A stretch of DNA of 64,000 nt. Origin: Flavobacteriales bacterium (GTDB lineage: Bacteria; Bacteroidota; Bacteroidia; Flavobacteriales_C; GCA-002722245). Location: contig JAQXEE010000157.1 of NCBI GenBank assembly GCA_029251005.1, positions 645-64,644 of the forward strand, given 5' to 3'. The position numbers and the translations under genes are program-made. Under the pieces are notes generated by a model. It saw only the letters and a program-made list of their open reading frames with translations, ran no database searches and was not told where the DNA came from. This document shows, piece after piece, positions 60,083-64,000 of this stretch (position 1 is its first letter; every line of letters starts with the position of its first letter).

Positions 60083-61717
60083 ATGAGAAAAGTTGTTCTT
60101 ATTATTTTATTGACATCATCATTGGTTTACAGTCAATCGCCAACAGTACAACCAGCATCTGTTCCAACTAGAGATGCAGCCAACGTAATTTCTTTTTTTG
60201 GGGGAGATGATAATAGTTATGGTGATATTTCAGGGGTAGACTTTCAAGTTTTTTGGAGTCAACCAGTTCCTCCTTGGGTAGCACCAGATTTAGCATTTAA
60301 TGCAGCCGGAAATATGGTGCTTAAGTACACTAGTTTTGGATATCAAGGTTTAGATTTTAGTGGGAATAAACAAAATGTTGCAGGTATGGAATTTCTTCAT
60401 ATTGATATTTGGACAAATTCTTCCAGCGTAGATTTAACTCTTTTGAGTGCAGGAAGCGGCGATTTTGCGTTTAACTTCTCCGCTAATCAAGGGTTTTGGA
60501 CTAGCGTAGATATTCCGTTAACTCACTTTGCACAGAACATAAACTTGAATCTTGCAGAGCTAAACCAAATGAAATTTTACAACGGAAATGGAGACGACAT
60601 ATACATTGATAATCTATATTTTTGGAAGCCAGAAGTAAATTCAGCAGACGATGCTACGTTGAAAGAATTACAAGTTGATGGAATAAGTGTTTCAGCATTC
60701 TCAGGGGCGACAACATTTTATACGCACGAATTAATTGTTGGAACTTCGGTTGCTCCAACAATTACAGCAACAACAACCCAATCAGATGCAAGTATCCTAG
60801 TTACTCAAGCAACATCAATACCTGGCGAAGCAATAGTAGTTGTAACTGCACCAAACCAAACAAAAGTTAAAACATACACTGTTTCTTTTATTGCAACGTT
60901 ACCTGGAGCTGCTGAATTTATAAGTTCTCCAGCCGATGAAGTATTGGCTCTTTTAGATAACATTTCTAATGGTACAGCTGTTTCTTTTTGGAATCCTTCT
61001 TATTTTTTTGGCACCAGTCAAGGAGTGGTTAATTTAGATGGGAACAATGCTGTGAAAATGGATTTCTCAGTTGCAGGTTGGGGAGGGGGAATCAATAATG
61101 GTTCTGATGTATACACAGATGTTTCTACTTACAATTTTGTTAATTTCAGTTATTTTGTTCCTGAGGGGGAACCTGGTGTAAATGGCCATGAAGTTAAATT
61201 TATTCTTATTGGTGGGGGATCTTCTCCAAGTGGCAATGGTAACGGCGAATTCAGTTATACTTTAAAAGAAGCTGGTCAAGGAGGAGATGCTGATCTTGTT
61301 TTTAATCAATGGGTTAATTTAACTGTGCCTTTAACTCATTTTGTAAATAATGGATGGTCAACAGACAATTTCTTCCAATTTAAATTAGGAAGCATTTCAG
61401 ATTTAAATACAAAAGTTATTTATTTTGACAATATTTTCTTCTCTGTTAACGAAGGTCAATTAGTAGGTCTTAATGAATTAGATATTATTGATTTATCTGC
61501 TTTTCCTAATCCTTCCAATACTATGTGGAATATTAAAACTTCTAAAACTTTAATCACCTCTATTGACGTGTTTAATTCAGCAGGAAAAAGAGTTGTTTCT
61601 CTAAAAAATAAGAGCAACGAGGTAGTTGTCTCTACTGAAGGATTAGTTAACGGCATTTACATAGCTAGAGTAACCACAGGTATGGGGACTAAAAGCTTTT
61701 TATTAACAAAAAAGTAG
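60083..61717 (+). CDS. T9SS type A protein with two CBM-like beta-sandwiches and a cadherin-like linker
   Basis: Signal peptide; repeats ending W..(V/L).(I/V)PLTHF...IY(I/F)DN(L/I)(Y/F)F; DATLKELQVDG; FPNPS...GIYIARV CTD. Confidence 0.82.
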   Translation: MRKVVLIILLTSSLVYSQSPTVQPASVPTRDAANVISFFGGDDNSYGDISGVDFQVFWSQPVPPWVAPDLAFNAAGNMVLKYTSFGYQGLDFSGNKQNVAGMEFLHIDIWTNSSSVDLTLLSAGSGDFAFNFSANQGFWTSVDIPLTHFAQNINLNLAELNQMKFYNGNGDDIYIDNLYFWKPEVNSADDATLKELQVDGISVSAFSGATTFYTHELIVGTSVAPTITATTTQSDASILVTQATSIPGEAIVVVTAPNQTKVKTYTVSFIATLPGAAEFISSPADEVLALLDNISNGTAVSFWNPSYFFGTSQGVVNLDGNNAVKMDFSVAGWGGGINNGSDVYTDVSTYNFVNFSYFVPEGEPGVNGHEVKFILIGGGSSPSGNGNGEFSYTLKEAGQGGDADLVFNQWVNLTVPLTHFVNNGWSTDNFFQFKLGSISDLNTKVIYFDNIFFSVNEGQLVGLNELDIIDLSAFPNPSNTMWNIKTSKTLITSIDVFNSAGKRVVSLKNKSNEVVVSTEGLVNGIYIARVTTGMGTKSFLLTKK

Positions 61718-62250
61718 TTCCAATAGTAATTTAAAACCGATGAAAATGTACAATATAATTTATCAAGTTAAGAACTGATGTTTTTTTATTTTACCGAATT
61801 ATCATTTATTAAATAGAAACTTCTCTAGGGTTGTTTTTAAAGTAACAATAGAATTTGAATATGTGAGAGAGTTCTGTATGAGTTTTAAAAGCAAGGAATA
61901 AGGCTATCATTTACCAAAAAATCAAAAATTTTAAAAACAGCACTAAAGAAATTTTTAACTACAACTAGAGCAACGAAATCACTATGCTATAGTTATATTT
62001 CAATCTTTATTTAGGCTTTCAATTTTAACATTAAGCTGTTTTTTTTGTAACTTAACAATAAGTATTTGTAACTGAAAACACTTAATTTTATATGGTGTTT
62101 TGGTTGAATTGGGTTTCAGGAAATAGAATAGATGTGATGAACAAAAAATACAAAGAGACCTCCTAATATCAACGTATAAATCGATGTGAATTGCAATCAT
62201 TAGAATGTAAAGAGGAAAATATGAGAATGTTATAAAAATCATCTCCAATA

Positions 62251-63705
62251 ATGAAAAAAGCAATTGTAGTAGGGTCAGGTATTGCAGGCTTAGCATCCTC
62301 AATTCGTTTAGCTCATAAAGGGTACAAAGTATCCGTTTATGAAAAAAATGATACTTATGGAGGTAAGTTAGGTTTTTTTAAGAAAGATGGATTTAGGTTT
62401 GATACAGGCCCAAGTTTATTTACCATGCCTCAATATTTTGAGGATTTATTTTCTGATGTAGGCCATAAATTTTCTGATTTTGTTACCTATGAAAAACTCC
62501 CTTCTTCTTGTAAATATTTTTTTGATGATTACACTAAATTTGTTTTTTATCAAGATAAACAAGCACTAAAAAAAGAGCTCAATTCTGTTTTTAAAACAGA
62601 TAAAGAGAACGTTTTAGATTACTTACGTAATTCAGAGGAATTGTATGAGAATTCTGGCGCATTATTTATAGAAAACAGCTTACATAAGTTAAAAACTTTT
62701 TTGTCGGTTAAAGCGTTGAAATCATTACCATATTTAATCAATATCGAAAATAGTAAATCATTACATTCTAAAAATAAAAAGTATTTAAATTCAGAAAAAC
62801 TGATTCAGATATTTGATAGATATGCAACCTACAACGGTTCTTCTCCATACAAAACACCAGGAATGATGTCTATGATTCCTCATTTAGAACAAAACATAGG
62901 TACGTTTTTTCCAAAAGGGGGTATGAGATCACTAGTAGATGCTTTATATCAATTAGCATTAAAACTAGAGGTTGATTTTAATTTTAATAGTGAGGTTAAT
63001 TCCTTCAAAATTGAAAATTCGTCCATCTCATCAATTGTTGTAAATGATGTACGAGTAAAGGCAGATTTATTTATTTCTAATATGGATGTGGCTTTAACGT
63101 ATAAAAAATTATTAGAGGATAATAAAACATTTAAACGTGAGACCGCTAAAGAAAGAACAAGTTCTGGCGTTGTTTTTTATTGGGGAATAAATAAGGTTTT
63201 TGAAGACCTACATTTACACAATATCTTTTTCTCTTCCAATTACCATCATGAGTTTAATCAAATATTTGATCAGGATGAATTTCCTGAGGACCCTACAATC
63301 TATGTTAATATTACATGTAAGCATGAACTAATTGATGCTCCTGAAGGAAAAGAAAACTGGTTTGTTATGGTAAATGTACCTTCAAGTTTTAATTATTCAA
63401 GTGAAGAGATAGAGTTGTTAAAAAATAGAGTATTAATTAAACTTTCTAAGTTGTTGAAAGTTGACTTATCTCCTTTAATTTTAACGGAAGAAATTTTACA
63501 TCCTAAAAAAATTAAAAACAATACAAACGCATATTTAGGTGCTTTATATGGTACGGCATCAAATAGTGTAATAAGTGCTTTTAATAGGCACAGTAATTTT
63601 TCAACAAAATTTAAAAATCTCTATTTTGTTGGGGGTACTGTTCACCCAGGAGGAGGAATCCCTTTGTGTTTAAATAGTGCTAAAATAGTTGTAGATAGTT
63701 TATGA
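62251..63705 (+). CDS. crtD: 1-hydroxycarotenoid 3,4-desaturase (CrtI family)
   Basis: GSGIAG, FRFDTGPSLFTMP, RYATYNGSSPY, GGTVHPGGGIPLCLNSA; followed by a cruF-like gene. Confidence 0.8.
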   Translation: MKKAIVVGSGIAGLASSIRLAHKGYKVSVYEKNDTYGGKLGFFKKDGFRFDTGPSLFTMPQYFEDLFSDVGHKFSDFVTYEKLPSSCKYFFDDYTKFVFYQDKQALKKELNSVFKTDKENVLDYLRNSEELYENSGALFIENSLHKLKTFLSVKALKSLPYLINIENSKSLHSKNKKYLNSEKLIQIFDRYATYNGSSPYKTPGMMSMIPHLEQNIGTFFPKGGMRSLVDALYQLALKLEVDFNFNSEVNSFKIENSSISSIVVNDVRVKADLFISNMDVALTYKKLLEDNKTFKRETAKERTSSGVVFYWGINKVFEDLHLHNIFFSSNYHHEFNQIFDQDEFPEDPTIYVNITCKHELIDAPEGKENWFVMVNVPSSFNYSSEEIELLKNRVLIKLSKLLKVDLSPLILTEEILHPKKIKNNTNAYLGALYGTASNSVISAFNRHSNFSTKFKNLYFVGGTVHPGGGIPLCLNSAKIVVDSL

Positions 63706-64000
63706 TGAAGAACATTAATAAAATATTAATCTTAGTATTAGTTATATTTCATACTGTTGGTTTAATAGGGATGTTGTTTTTTGATAGAAGTAGTTTTATT
63801 AAACTAACATGGCTTAACCTTCTTATATCAACTATAATCGCTTTTATATCCTACAAGAAAAAAATAGTAAGATTAATCATTCCATTTTTTTTAGTGGCTT
63901 TTGTAACATTTTTCGCGGAATTTATAGGTGTAAAAACAGGTCTTTTATTTGGGGATTATAAGTATGGAGATGTTTTAGGGTTAAAGCTTTTTAAGGTTCC
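63702..64000 (+). CDS. cruF: Carotenoid 1,2-hydratase CruF-like membrane protein, partial (runs off the window; absent from the ORF track)
   Basis: Manual translation MMKNINKIL...EFIGVKTGLLFGDYKYGDVLGLKLFKV; ATGA overlap with the crtD stop. Confidence 0.75.
   Translation, partial: MMKNINKILILVLVIFHTVGLIGMLFFDRSSFIKLTWLNLLISTIIAFISYKKKIVRLIIPFFLVAFVTFFAEFIGVKTGLLFGDYKYGDVLGLKLFKV

Noticed and set aside
3748..61656. Many 60-102 aa ORFs nested in or antisense to long genes (e.g. 5846, 11672, 34749, 43144, 48863, 55306)
   Set aside because: Shadow ORFs of well-supported genes with no independent motifs
62000..62302. 100-aa minus-strand ORF overlapping the crtD start
   Set aside because: No recognisable motif, overlaps crtD, and its composition is typical of AT-rich non-coding DNA
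1..64000. CRISPR arrays, rRNA/tRNA genes, transposases, integrases, prophage or recognisable defence genes
   Set aside because: No regularly spaced repeats, RNA-gene-like GC-rich structure or such protein motifs were seen by eye

Overview
AT-rich chromosomal segment of a Bacteroidota bacterium, most likely Flavobacteriales. This is supported by gldH, three T9SS cargo proteins, TAnnTTTG -7 promoter elements and the ricT-gldH-PBP1A and ftsX-DUF3098-uppP-truB gene orders. Most of it is core genome: a VWA/AAA pair, an RhlE-like helicase, the sufABCDSE-sufT-DUF2480 operon, hemA, glnS-folB, argH, rbfA, an exbB/exbD cluster, tdk, ruvB, DAHP synthase/chorismate mutase and crtD-cruF at the right edge. 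A more accessory block at about 4.5-18.8 kb holds tandem metallo-beta-lactamase-fold hydrolases, a T9SS protein, a Cys-rich metal-handling TonB receptor operon, a DinB/XRE islet and a sensor-cyclase-HD fusion. I saw no rRNA, tRNA, CRISPR array, transposase or phage gene. The best candidates for new biology are: (i) an attenuator-like leader (30-aa uORF, terminator and alternative pairing) with paired palindromes upstream of the DinB-family gene; (ii) a propeller/Y_Y_Y sensor-adenylate cyclase-HD fusion; (iii) unannotated Fur-like and FNR-like operators at suf and hemA; (iv) a coiled-coil insertion in PBP1A. All calls come from reading motifs by eye. No database search was run, so novelty is unverified.
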